From: Promethearchaeota archaeon | Lineage (GTDB): Archaea > Asgardarchaeota > Lokiarchaeia > Sigyniarchaeales > SOKP01 | NCBI GenBank assembly: GCA_016839745.1 | Contig: JAEOTS010000044.1 | Span: 1 to 64,000, forward strand | Reading direction: 5' to 3' | Length of the DNA: 64,000 bases | Notes under the pieces: generated by a model | Seen by the model: only the letters and a program-made list of their open reading frames with translations | What the model was told of the DNA's origin: nothing | Databases searched by the model: none | Program-made: the position numbers and the translations under genes | Part shown: piece by piece, positions 29,429 through 38,894 of the stretch | How positions within the stretch are numbered: position 1 is the first letter of the stretch | Layout: every line of letters begins with the position of its first letter

Positions 29429-29800
29429 TCATTCTTGTATTTTAATGTTTTTTATGTTCGCTTTCTTCCCTTCTATAATTTCAGTATTTTTGCTTTGGCA
29501 ATGTTTGCATTGAAACAATTGCAATCCTGTTAGATGTGCTTCATCGCTTAAAGTTACGGTCGAAGTTTTATTACATTCCCTACATTTTATTTTTCCCGGA
29601 GTAAGTTCTATTACTAATTCCGCACCCTCTGCTATTGAACCACTGGTAGCCATTTCGAAAGACTTTTTAAGAAGTTCTGGGACGATCAGAGTTAATTCGC
29701 CAATTTCGAGATAAACTTCTGAAATCTTTTTAGCATTGTATTTTATGGCTGTTGCCTCGGCGACTTTAAAAATATTGTAAGCAAAAGAAAATTCGTGCAT
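29429..29800 (-). CDS. hypA: hydrogenase nickel metallochaperone HypA
   Basis: MHE N-terminus, CREC...CKHC, IIEG. Confidence 0.92.
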   Translation of the reverse strand: MHEFSFAYNIFKVAEATAIKYNAKKISEVYLEIGELTLIVPELLKKSFEMATSGSIAEGAELVIELTPGKIKCRECNKTSTVTLSDEAHLTGLQLFQCKHCQSKNTEIIEGKKANIKNIKIQE

Positions 29801-29809
29801 GATATTTGG

Positions 29810-30106
29810 TTAGTTCTTTGATTGCGCCTTTTTAATTTCTTTAGCAACTTCTATTAAGACTCTACTTTTTTTCTTACCTCTCGTATCAATTGATACTCTG
29901 CCGGGATCGTCCCACCATGTTCTAGGATATTTGTAACCTTTTTCGTGATGAGCAGTATAACCCAGTCTCTTAGCTGCATTTAAAATATCGTTTGTATTGA
30001 TTTTATCTATAGCAAATTTCTTTGGGATGCGCCTTCCATTTGATCTACTCCTTTTTGCATCAAAATATTGAGGCCAAAAAATAATAAATGGTTTTCTGGA
30101 GCGCAT
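29810..30106 (-). CDS. srp19: signal recognition particle protein SRP19
   Basis: WPQYFD..RSRS.GRRIP, YPRTWW..GRV. Confidence 0.95.
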   Translation of the reverse strand: MRSRKPFIIFWPQYFDAKRSRSNGRRIPKKFAIDKINTNDILNAAKRLGYTAHHEKGYKYPRTWWDDPGRVSIDTRGKKKSRVLIEVAKEIKKAQSKN

Positions 30107-30293
30107 GTTTAAATCTAGGGTTGAGTTAATTTAAGAAAATAATAAGAATAAAAAACCTCTAAAGAATTTAAAAATTATTGGTTTTAAATATAAGATAATT
30201 AAAAATAAATAGAATTTATGATTTTAATTTATAAAAATCTAAGTTGGACTGATTTTTCTGTGTAGAGTATAAGAATTACATCCTTTTTTAGAA

Positions 30294-30397
30294 GGGAGGG
30301 TGGTCTAGCTTGGTATGATACAGTAAAACGATAAGTTTTACAGCTTAAGACTTGGCTGGGGGCCAAGTGGCCGGGGGTTCGAATCCCTCCCCTCCCA
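30294..30397 (+). tRNA. tRNA-Pro(GGG) with a 30-nt intron at about 25/26 (30320..30349)
   Basis: Acceptor GGGAGGG/CCCTCCC + A; anticodon arm CTTGG-CTGGGGG-CCAAG; T arm GGGGG-TTCGAAT-CCCTC; insert holds hairpin GTAAAAC/GTTTTAC. Confidence 0.9.
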
Positions 30398-30547
30398 TCT
30401 TAAATTCTTGAAAATTATGATTTTTAATTATTAACCGCATTTTTTGATACTAAAAATATTAATAGTTTACTGTAAATAGGCTATAAATTTTTAAGGAGAA
30501 ATAATCTATTTGTTATTTAAAAATCAATTAAAAATAAGTGAATTAAA

Positions 30548-30844
30548 ATGAGTAAACTTCAAGAGTCAGATTTGTTAATGCGAATTATGGCAATTGCTAG
30601 TGGAATTGTAGCGTTAATTGAGGCAGTCTTAAAAATTATAGGCGTTGAAATTTTGTTTTGGTGGGGTTGGATAGGAGGTGCAGTTGCGTTTGTTTTAGCA
30701 ATCCTTGTGATTTTACTAGGGATCAGACCAATTCATTACACTCCCGTGTTTCTGGGCATTTTAGGCGTTGGAATCATATTTTTTGGAGTTTTAATTGGTG
30801 GGATAATAGTCCTTATAGCTACTATTCTTGGAGCAATTACCTAA
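30548..30844 (+). CDS. small hydrophobic membrane protein
   Basis: 98 aa, 3-4 Gly-rich TM segments. Confidence 0.7.
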   Translation: MSKLQESDLLMRIMAIASGIVALIEAVLKIIGVEILFWWGWIGGAVAFVLAILVILLGIRPIHYTPVFLGILGVGIIFFGVLIGGIIVLIATILGAIT

Positions 30845-30957
30845 TTTTTTTTTCTTTTTACATTTTTTGCGAATCACGTAAGAGTAAAAAATTTTTTATA
30901 ATGAAAATTCTTAAATTTTCAATATACGATTACATGCATAATTTTAGGTATTGAAAT

Positions 30958-31785
30958 GTGACATATTTAAACATTAATTCGAGCGTTAAACTGAATAATG
31001 GAGTATATATGCCTATTTTTGGACTAGGGACATGGCCTCTTAAAGGTAAAGCGGTATATCAGGCAGTTTTATGGGCTCTGGAAATTGGATATAGACTTAT
31101 TGATAGTGCGTCTTTCTATGGAAATGAAAAACAGGTAGGAGAAGCTTTAGAGAAAACAAAAATTCTACGAGATGATATATTTATCACTACTAAAGTATGG
31201 AATAGCGATCAAGGTTATGAAAATACACTAGCTGCTTTTGATAGGAGCCTTAAACTATTAAATCTCGACTATATAGATTTGTATCTTATGCACTGGCCCG
31301 TAAAGGGATTAAGAAACGAAACATGGAAAGCTCTTGAAAAAATATATGACAATGGAAGAGTTAGGGCGATTGGGGTCAGTAATTTTACAATTCGGCATTT
31401 AGATGAATTAAAAACTACTTTAAAGTTAATGCCTACTGTAAATCAAGTAGAATTTTCCCCATTTTTATATCAGAAAGAGTTATTGGAGTATTGTAAATCA
31501 AATAAAATCGTCATAGAAGCTTATAGTCCTTTAACAAAAGCTAAGAAATTAAATGATTCAACTCTAATGACTATCGGGCAAAAGTATAGCAAATCTCCGG
31601 CTCAAGTATTAATTAGGTGGGATTTACAACATGATATAGTTACTATTCCAAAATCGGGTGATAAGCAACATCTAATTGATAACGCTAATGTGTTTGATTT
31701 TAGTTTAGATGAATCTGATATGCGACAACTTGATGATTTGAACGAAGATTTTCGATTAATTGATGATCCAAACCTAATTGATTAG
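30958..31785 (+). CDS. aldo/keto reductase (DkgA/YvgN-like)
   Basis: GLGTW, D.A..Y.NE, TTKVW, LYLMHWP, IGVSNF, IPKS. Confidence 0.92.
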   Translation: MTYLNINSSVKLNNGVYMPIFGLGTWPLKGKAVYQAVLWALEIGYRLIDSASFYGNEKQVGEALEKTKILRDDIFITTKVWNSDQGYENTLAAFDRSLKLLNLDYIDLYLMHWPVKGLRNETWKALEKIYDNGRVRAIGVSNFTIRHLDELKTTLKLMPTVNQVEFSPFLYQKELLEYCKSNKIVIEAYSPLTKAKKLNDSTLMTIGQKYSKSPAQVLIRWDLQHDIVTIPKSGDKQHLIDNANVFDFSLDESDMRQLDDLNEDFRLIDDPNLID

Positions 31786-31827
31786 AATTTTAATAAATTT
31801 ACTCTTTAATTCTTAAAATTTTTGCCA

Positions 31828-32694
31828 TCAGTATGATTTTGCAAGAGCGAGAATAATTCCCCCAAAAATTTCTGAATAATCACCCACGCGAGAAGTATCT
31901 ATTATATTATAACCAATATCCATGTATATTGCCCCATATGCTTTACCTCCGCCTAAATGAACTAATGTGCGATAAATTAGATTTCCGGCTATCCCGTTAG
32001 GAGCTAAAATTAAGTTGGATTTATCCTTAATTGCATTTTCAATCAAAATCTCCACATGCTCTATTTCTAAATCTGGTTTTTCTAACTTAAAAAAATCTAT
32101 TAATTCTTTAGCTTCTTTTATGCTTTTATCTATATTAACATTTCTCCCAATATCTCCGAGCCTACCGCCACTTAAAACACTAATCCTCGGTTCAATATTT
32201 AAAGTATTTAATTCTATAAGTGCCTTCTTTATGAACACCTTTTTGCTGTTTAGATTATTACACTCGTCAATACCAACTGGACCAAAAAAGAATTGATGAC
32301 CTGAATTTGTCTCTAATAAAGCTAAACGGTTTATTTCTGATATATTTAAAACTACATCAAGAGTTTTCAAGAATTTATTTGAACTTAAACTTCCTCTGAC
32401 AGCACAAGATATGAGTTTATCATTTAAATAATTCAATAACTCAGATGTTGGATCACTTGAATCGATTAAAACTATAGTGTTTTCTTTTTCGTTTTCTTTG
32501 TACAAGGGAAATTTAGCGATTTCTTCAATTTGATTTTCAGTTCCAAAGAAAAAAAAGGAGGACTTATTAAATTTTAATATTTCCAAAGTAGCTTTTAGTA
32601 TTTTGATGTTATGAGTAGCCGAATCGCCTAATCCAATCCCAATTTTTGATATTATATCTTCAGCTTTCTTCCTAAAAGCGTCTAAAATTGTCAT
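31828..32694 (-). CDS. mtxX: MtxX / methanogenesis marker protein 4 family
   Basis: AVRGSL, PVGIDE, VLSGGRLGD.GR, G.AGNLIYRTL..LGGG, DTSR. Confidence 0.8.
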   Translation of the reverse strand: MTILDAFRKKAEDIISKIGIGLGDSATHNIKILKATLEILKFNKSSFFFFGTENQIEEIAKFPLYKENEKENTIVLIDSSDPTSELLNYLNDKLISCAVRGSLSSNKFLKTLDVVLNISEINRLALLETNSGHQFFFGPVGIDECNNLNSKKVFIKKALIELNTLNIEPRISVLSGGRLGDIGRNVNIDKSIKEAKELIDFFKLEKPDLEIEHVEILIENAIKDKSNLILAPNGIAGNLIYRTLVHLGGGKAYGAIYMDIGYNIIDTSRVGDYSEIFGGIILALAKSY

Positions 32695-32712
32695 TCAAAT
32701 TCTCAATTGATT

Positions 32713-33822
32713 TTAAAAAATATTAAAAACTAAAAACGCGAGGATAATTGTTATGGCGTTATAAACGCCATGAGTGATCATAACTGCTATTAAATTTTCT
32801 TTCCTCCAATAATATAGCAAGCCAAGCAAAAGAGAAATCGCGAAAAAGGGAAAAAAGTTGAGAAGTAAGGAGATTACAAATGTTGTCACTGATTCTGGGT
32901 ATAAGAATATTGCTATTAAGTGAACAGAAGAAAATATTAATGCCGTAACTAAAAGACCCCAGGTTTTACCTAAGCTTCGGACTAGTCCTTTTTGTAAAAA
33001 ACCTCGAAATAAAACTTCCTCGGATGTACCTATAATCACTATCATTATAATAACTAACAAGATAATGCTAATAATATCTGAAGATGCTATGAGTATATCT
33101 ACTTCACCAGGAGTTCCAATTATGCCTGATATAATTTCATAACCGAAAATTACTGTTAATAACATTTCCATAGCAAATGACACGAAAAGAACTAATAGAA
33201 CGCCTATAACAGCAAATCCTAATCCAATTAAAATTTCTTTAATAAGTTGGGTTTTATTAAAATCTTTTGTAGTAAATCCTAACAGTATTAATCGATTATT
33301 AATATTTGGTCTTTGTAAATATTTGCCAACATATAGAAACGGAACAATAAATAAGATTAATTCTATAAAGGAACTAAATATTATAAAATACGGATTAGCG
33401 ATTATATTATTTAATTCATCTAAACTGAGTGAAAAAAACATAAAAATAAATAATCCCAAAAAAGCGATTAAGTTCATTAGAAAAAAAGCTGCTGCTGTCA
33501 TTCCTACAGACTGCGGAATGCTCCATAATTTTTTATCTATCAGATTGGAGAGATCTTCCTCAGTGAGTTTTTCTCTTAACGGCTTATATAATCCATACTT
33601 ATAAGATTGATATGAACTAGGTGTTGGAGTGACGAGAGAAATAGTATCTTTGCGAGGGGGCATCCTCATATGGGTGTTAATATATTGAAGATCAACACCA
33701 CACTTAATACAGTATTGAATATGTTCAACTTGAGGTATCTTTGTCCCACATATTGGACAATAAGCCCATTTCAGCCTACTACGACTCAGCTCGTCTAAAT
33801 TCTTTTTCTCATTCATTCTCAT
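32713..33822 (-). CDS. CPBP family intramembrane metalloprotease with N-terminal zinc ribbon
   Basis: CPIC...CIKC; EEVLFRG, FSSVH, THGVYN. Confidence 0.88.
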   Translation of the reverse strand: MRMNEKKNLDELSRSRLKWAYCPICGTKIPQVEHIQYCIKCGVDLQYINTHMRMPPRKDTISLVTPTPSSYQSYKYGLYKPLREKLTEEDLSNLIDKKLWSIPQSVGMTAAAFFLMNLIAFLGLFIFMFFSLSLDELNNIIANPYFIIFSSFIELILFIVPFLYVGKYLQRPNINNRLILLGFTTKDFNKTQLIKEILIGLGFAVIGVLLVLFVSFAMEMLLTVIFGYEIISGIIGTPGEVDILIASSDIISIILLVIIMIVIIGTSEEVLFRGFLQKGLVRSLGKTWGLLVTALIFSSVHLIAIFLYPESVTTFVISLLLNFFPFFAISLLLGLLYYWRKENLIAVMITHGVYNAITIILAFLVFNIF

Positions 33823-33911
33823 TTTAAATTAAGATTGATTGTGATATTTACTTTAGTTTTATTATTGTTTCTGATTTAAAAGTATAACGCGTATAAAATT
33901 GTTATGTCTAA

Positions 33912-35672
33912 CTAATGAGTAAAATAGCATATTAATACGTTATCTTCCCACTTTATTGGATTTACAAATCCAAATCGTTCGAATTGAATAGTTTTGTTTA
34001 AAGAGATATTAGTTAGGTTTATCTCTCCATTGCCTTTAGATATTGTTCCATCAGGTTTTAATATTGAAACTTGCACATTTTCTTCTTTGGAAACCCATTG
34101 AAAGATTGAAAATTCCCTATTTAATTCAAGACTATGAAAGCGGGATTTTATTAAATTCTTATTCAAGTCAACAGCTGTTATTTGAATGTTTAATAAGTCT
34201 TTTAATCGAATTATTTGTCCGCTTTTTAACTTGATTGCATCTATATGTGCCAATAGGACTGTCAATTTATCGTTTTTTGCTGTAACCTTAATTTTTCTCT
34301 TTCCCATTTTTGGGTTTGAAGGTAATAGTAATGGTTCCGCAGTGTATTCTGACAATGGCACATTTTCAATCTCAAGTTTGATCGGTTCTTCTACATAGAA
34401 GTATCTACTTGAAAGTCCGTCTATAATATCTTTGTTTTTCGAATATAACCATGATTCGTCAAAAATTATGCCCGTAGTCGACATTCCCAGCTCTAAAAGA
34501 GTTTTTTTTAGTGCTTCAGCCCTAATACCTCTCTTTTCTAACGATTGCAAGCTCCAAGTCCTAGGATCATCCCATCCTTCAAAAATTCCTTCGTTAATAT
34601 TGTTTCTGGATAGAGTTTTGCTTAACTTCATATTTGGAAACTTTATTCTACCGTAATGCAAAAATTCGCTCTTTTTCCAGTTAAAATGGTCCCATATGAA
34701 TTCTTCAATTACATCTTCTTTTACCAAGTCTATGCCCCTTAGAATATGTGTTGCACCTATTAAATGATCGTCAATTGCCCATGAAAATTCTAACATTGGC
34801 CAAGCGAAAAATTTGTTTTTAACTCGCGGATGTTCCGCTTCAGAAATTCTCATTATAATTTGATCCCGTAAGGCTGGATCTTTTTGATCCATACCTGTCT
34901 TTAGACGAACTACAGCTTCTGTTTCATGATATTTACCTGTCTTCATTTTATTCCATTCTTCAAGATTTGTAGGAATTGATTGATTTCTATGAGGGCAGTT
35001 TTTTTTTGGTTTCTTGTATTTATCCCTAAACTCAGTAGCACTACAGAAACAAACATATGCTATATCATCTTGAATAAGTTTCTTACAATATTCGTAATAT
35101 ATTTCTAGCCTATCGCTTTTGTAATATACTTTGGAATATTCAACTTCCAACCATTTTAAACCGTCTTCTATTAATTCATAAGCTTCAGGGAGTACATACT
35201 TTGCTTTAGGGCTATTTCTCATAGATTTCGGGCTCCCGATTGTATCATCAAAGAATAGAATTAACTCCCCGTTATATTGGTTTGCATATTCATTATTTAA
35301 TATTACCATTCTCGCGTTTCCAATGTGTAAAGCTCCACTAGGATATGGTGCTAAGCGCATTATAATTTTATCGTAACTCTGAGTGTTAGGCAACTCTGGT
35401 AATTCTTTTTGTTCTTTGGTGGTAGCTTTTTTCTCGAAAGCTGTAGGATCTAATGCTAGTAATTTTTCTCGTTGTTCTTGTTCTGTCAGTTTAGAAATCT
35501 CTACGATCATCTCATCTACTAAGGGTTTGATATCATTTATCTGGGTTCTGAGTCCCGGTTTTTGACTCATTAATTTTCCCATAATAGCCTTCAAATTCGG
35601 TTTCCCTCCAAATTTCACTGCATTTGTTAGACCAAAAATCCAAATTAGCCTTTTAATTTCAACAATATCCAT
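33912..35672 (-). CDS. gltX: glutamate--tRNA ligase (archaeal type)
   Basis: RLAPYPSGALHIGN, THILRG, KLSK, GWDDPR, QFERFGF; likely start MDIVEIK at 35672. Confidence 0.93.
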   Translation of the reverse strand: MDIVEIKRLIWIFGLTNAVKFGGKPNLKAIMGKLMSQKPGLRTQINDIKPLVDEMIVEISKLTEQEQREKLLALDPTAFEKKATTKEQKELPELPNTQSYDKIIMRLAPYPSGALHIGNARMVILNNEYANQYNGELILFFDDTIGSPKSMRNSPKAKYVLPEAYELIEDGLKWLEVEYSKVYYKSDRLEIYYEYCKKLIQDDIAYVCFCSATEFRDKYKKPKKNCPHRNQSIPTNLEEWNKMKTGKYHETEAVVRLKTGMDQKDPALRDQIIMRISEAEHPRVKNKFFAWPMLEFSWAIDDHLIGATHILRGIDLVKEDVIEEFIWDHFNWKKSEFLHYGRIKFPNMKLSKTLSRNNINEGIFEGWDDPRTWSLQSLEKRGIRAEALKKTLLELGMSTTGIIFDESWLYSKNKDIIDGLSSRYFYVEEPIKLEIENVPLSEYTAEPLLLPSNPKMGKRKIKVTAKNDKLTVLLAHIDAIKLKSGQIIRLKDLLNIQITAVDLNKNLIKSRFHSLELNREFSIFQWVSKEENVQVSILKPDGTISKGNGEINLTNISLNKTIQFERFGFVNPIKWEDNVLICYFTH

Positions 35673-35838
35673 TTCTAAAATCTCACTTACAAGTTGGTTA
35701 TTTTTAATTCTAAATTTGAAAGCTATTTGAGTATTAATAATAAACCTTTTCAAAAAAAATAAATCATTATTAAGATGATTAAAGGCTAATTAATATATTA
35801 GAGTAAGTATTGAAAAAAAGAATTTTAGGTGTGAAGGT

Positions 35839-36123
35839 ATTTTTTATCGCGGATATATATTGATCCGGCTAAAAGTTATTGGAACTGAGTGGGAAGTTGT
35901 TAGTAGGTTAACTGGCTTAAAATCAAATAGCTCCGATGAAAATTGGAAAGTAACTTATATTACTCCTGTTTATGGGGGGTGGGATTTGGTTGCGGAATGC
36001 ACCTTTACTAAACTGCAAGAATTAGATAAAATCGTGACCTTTATTCGTGTAGATAAAGATTTATCTAGCTGGATTGAAGAAACTACTACTCTGGTGTCTA
36101 GTAAACCGGATTATCCTAGATAG
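35839..36123 (+). CDS. stand-alone Lrp/AsnC ligand-binding (RAM)-like domain protein
   Basis: YILI...VYGGWDLVAE...LDKIV..IR...IEETTT. Start is TTG at 35860 or ATT at 35839. Confidence 0.7.
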   Translation: MFYRGYILIRLKVIGTEWEVVSRLTGLKSNSSDENWKVTYITPVYGGWDLVAECTFTKLQELDKIVTFIRVDKDLSSWIEETTTLVSSKPDYPR

Positions 36124-36224
36124 CCTGATATGCTTCAGAGTTAGTGCTTTTTAAACATTAAAATTCTTAACAGAGAAATAAAGTATTTTAACTATAATTC
36201 ACGATTATTTATTAATAAATAAAT

Positions 36225-36327
36225 AGCCCAGTGGTCTAGTGGATAGGATACTTGCTTGCGGAGCAAGGGATCGGGGGTTCAAACCTCTTGAAATATCTTC
36301 AAGTGAGAACAAGTCCCCCCTGGGCTA
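36225..36327 (+). tRNA. tRNA-Arg(GCG) with a 30-nt intron in the T-loop at 58/59 (36283..36312)
   Basis: Acceptor AGCCCAG/CTGGGCT + A; anticodon arm CTTGC-TTGCGGA-GCAAG; removing the intron gives GGGGG-TTCAAGT-CCCCC. Confidence 0.9.
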
Positions 36328-36333
36328 TATTTT

Positions 36334-37113
36334 TTAACTGATGTAATTTAATACTTCGTTTATAGATTTAATTTCTATTATATTAGGTATGGTGATTTCC
36401 CGTTCGTAAGGAAATTCATAATCTCTTTTTTTTAAAACAATTTGCATACCGACTCTATTAGCACCAACAGCGTCAGCAGCTTCATCCCCTACCATAATAC
36501 AATCTTTAGCTTCATGCTTTTCTAAACCCATCTTCTTTAATGTATATAAGAAAATATCGGGATTTGGCTTTCTTTTACCAAATTTAGCAGAAGTCACAAT
36601 TACATTAAAAAATTGATCTAAATTATTGCTTTCGAGCATGTTTTTTATAGTTTTATGGTTTGGGTGATTGGAAATGAGACCTATTTTTAAGCTAGATATA
36701 TTAGAAAGTGCTTCTAAAGTAGCTTTGGTTTCGTCAAAAGGTTTCCACTCGCTCTCTTCGCACGAATGATATAATTCTGCCATTTCTTCTAAAAATTCAT
36801 CCTCAATAATATCGTAATTAATATTATATCCTTTTTCTTTCAAAATAGTTAACACCGTTCTAAACAATAAGGTAGTGGGGAACTCGTCTTTAGTTTTCAT
36901 TGCTAATCTAAATGAATTTGCTCTTTTTTTGTTGAAAATATTTATGAAATCTTTAACCAATTCGTCATCTTCTTCTAATATGTCTTTATCTTTTAGAATA
37001 TCAATAGATTTTAATAATCCCCTTTTAAAACAGTCGAAATATTTTTCAACTGATGGGTTCTCAAATGAAAACAGTGTAAAGCCAAAATCGAATATTATTC
37101 CCTTTACATTCAT
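36334..37113 (-). CDS. HAD-superfamily hydrolase
   Basis: IIFDFGFTL, ISN, RKPNPDIF, MVGD...D. Confidence 0.9.
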   Translation of the reverse strand: MNVKGIIFDFGFTLFSFENPSVEKYFDCFKRGLLKSIDILKDKDILEEDDELVKDFINIFNKKRANSFRLAMKTKDEFPTTLLFRTVLTILKEKGYNINYDIIEDEFLEEMAELYHSCEESEWKPFDETKATLEALSNISSLKIGLISNHPNHKTIKNMLESNNLDQFFNVIVTSAKFGKRKPNPDIFLYTLKKMGLEKHEAKDCIMVGDEAADAVGANRVGMQIVLKKRDYEFPYEREITIPNIIEIKSINEVLNYIS

Positions 37114-37244
37114 TCTAAATATATTAATTACATAAGTTAATATTAAGCTATCTCTCTATGAATTTAAAACACAATTTAATCCTGTATATTAATAATTTAA
37201 TAGATATATAAAATTGCGAATTAACTTAATATTTTAATTATAGC

Positions 37245-37775
37245 ATGTCAATTGATAAATGGCTCGATGACGACGACACAGTGGAACAAAAAAAGAAGAG
37301 AGAGGAAATTTATAAATCGCTATCAAAAGAAGAAAAGGAAGATCTTAAACAGCAAAAAATTCGTGATTTGACAAAAAAGAGTAAACAAAAGCATATTCTA
37401 AGCGTTGAAAAGAAAAATCTTTTAGAAAAAGCTTTAGAATTTAAAGACTGGCTTAATAATCGTACATACATAAAAGGAGATATAGAAAGAATTGAAACTT
37501 GGGTTGAAAATTTATATCTTATTCTTCGCGAGAGTATAAAAAACTATAATGGTCAATACAGTGAAGAAGACAAGAAAAATTTGATAAAGAATTATAATTC
37601 TATACCAGTTAATTTCTTAGATGAAAAAACACGAATTGCTATTAACAAAAAACTCAAAGGTATAAAGAAAACAAATTCTGATGACTATTATCTTAGAAAA
37701 TTAAAAATTAAAGTAAGAGAAAAAATAAAAGAAGCGGAATATTATCAAATTTTAAGAGACATATTAGAGAGTTGA
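37245..37775 (+). CDS. hypothetical charged helical protein
   Basis: 176-aa ORF overlapping the next start by 4 nt. Confidence 0.65.
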   Translation: MSIDKWLDDDDTVEQKKKREEIYKSLSKEEKEDLKQQKIRDLTKKSKQKHILSVEKKNLLEKALEFKDWLNNRTYIKGDIERIETWVENLYLILRESIKNYNGQYSEEDKKNLIKNYNSIPVNFLDEKTRIAINKKLKGIKKTNSDDYYLRKLKIKVREKIKEAEYYQILRDILES

Positions 37776-38872
37776 ATTTGAGTTTGAAATTAATTTGTCC
37801 AATTGCAGGCGTAGGACATCGACTTCAGCCATTTACCTATTCAAAACCCAAAGCATTTCTTAAATTAGCTGGAAAAAGATTAATTGACCATATCCTTGTA
37901 AAGTTAAAAAGAACTTTCCCTAAAGGAACGGAGATAGTCTTTATTGTAGGATATAAAAAAAGACAGATTACAGAATATATTAATAACCACTATTCTGATT
38001 ACTTCAACCTTGAATTTATAGAGCAGAAACCGCTTGGTTTTTTGGCCGACACACCTTTTTTCAGCGGTCTTGGCGATGCAATATTATTAGCGAAAGATTT
38101 TGTTAAGAATGATGATTGTTTTATTTTCCTAAGTGACAGACTCCCCATGGAAGATTATTCTTCTGTATTACTAACGTATCACCAAGGGAATTGCGATGCG
38201 GTTATTAATATTAAAAAGGTTGATAATCCTCAATTTTATGGTGTTACAGTCGTAGATGAAGAAATCAATTTAACAGGAATTGTTGAAAAACCACAAGAGT
38301 TTATTTCTGATTATGCTGTTTCTGGTGCTTATCTTTTTGGAAAGCGTTCCGTTTCTCGGTTATTCGAGCTTTTAGAAGAACAGAGTAAAGTAAAAATAAC
38401 CAACGGAAATGAGCATCAATTAACACCAATAATAGAAAGTTTAATAAAAGAGGGTGTTCCATTTAAAGGGAATGTGATGCGAAGTGAAGTATTAGATTTT
38501 GGAAGACCTGAATCATTACTTGATGGCAATCGCTATTTATTATCTGAAACGAAACTAAAGGACCCCTTATTTGAAAGTTTGTTTCAAACGGGAAATATAA
38601 TAGACTCAAAATTGATTCCTCCAGTTTTTATTGGAGAAAATGTTAAAATCAAAAATTCCATAATTGGTCCTAATGTTTCAATTGGTGATGATTTAGTGTT
38701 AGAAAAATGCATTCTTTCTGAATCTGTGATAGGAGATGGAGTATTTTTGAGAAAAATTATTTCTTCCAACAGTATTATTGGTGACTATTCCATTTTAGAG
38801 GACCTAATTAAGAAAAATATCACTATCGGTGATTCTTCTTACATTACAACTTCTAAGATGAAATCTTTTTAA
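37772..38872 (+). CDS. sugar-phosphate nucleotidyltransferase (G1P thymidylyltransferase-like) with C-terminal hexapeptide repeats
   Basis: AGVGHRLQPFT..KPK, GLGDAI, VEKP, DFGRPE, IIGPNVSIG. Confidence 0.88.
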   Translation: MNLSLKLICPIAGVGHRLQPFTYSKPKAFLKLAGKRLIDHILVKLKRTFPKGTEIVFIVGYKKRQITEYINNHYSDYFNLEFIEQKPLGFLADTPFFSGLGDAILLAKDFVKNDDCFIFLSDRLPMEDYSSVLLTYHQGNCDAVINIKKVDNPQFYGVTVVDEEINLTGIVEKPQEFISDYAVSGAYLFGKRSVSRLFELLEEQSKVKITNGNEHQLTPIIESLIKEGVPFKGNVMRSEVLDFGRPESLLDGNRYLLSETKLKDPLFESLFQTGNIIDSKLIPPVFIGENVKIKNSIIGPNVSIGDDLVLEKCILSESVIGDGVFLRKIISSNSIIGDYSILEDLIKKNITIGDSSYITTSKMKSF

Positions 38873-38894
38873 TAAATTAATAATAAGAAAAAAA

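Noticed and set aside
29429-29800. hypA as a sign of a hydrogenase operon
   Set aside because: Isolated among housekeeping genes; no hydrogenase subunits in the window
30107-30293. SRP RNA next to srp19
   Set aside because: AT-rich, with no GC-rich helices or SRP motifs; looks like divergent promoters
35310-35360. GltX HIGN instead of HIGH
   Set aside because: A common variant in glutamyl-tRNA synthetases
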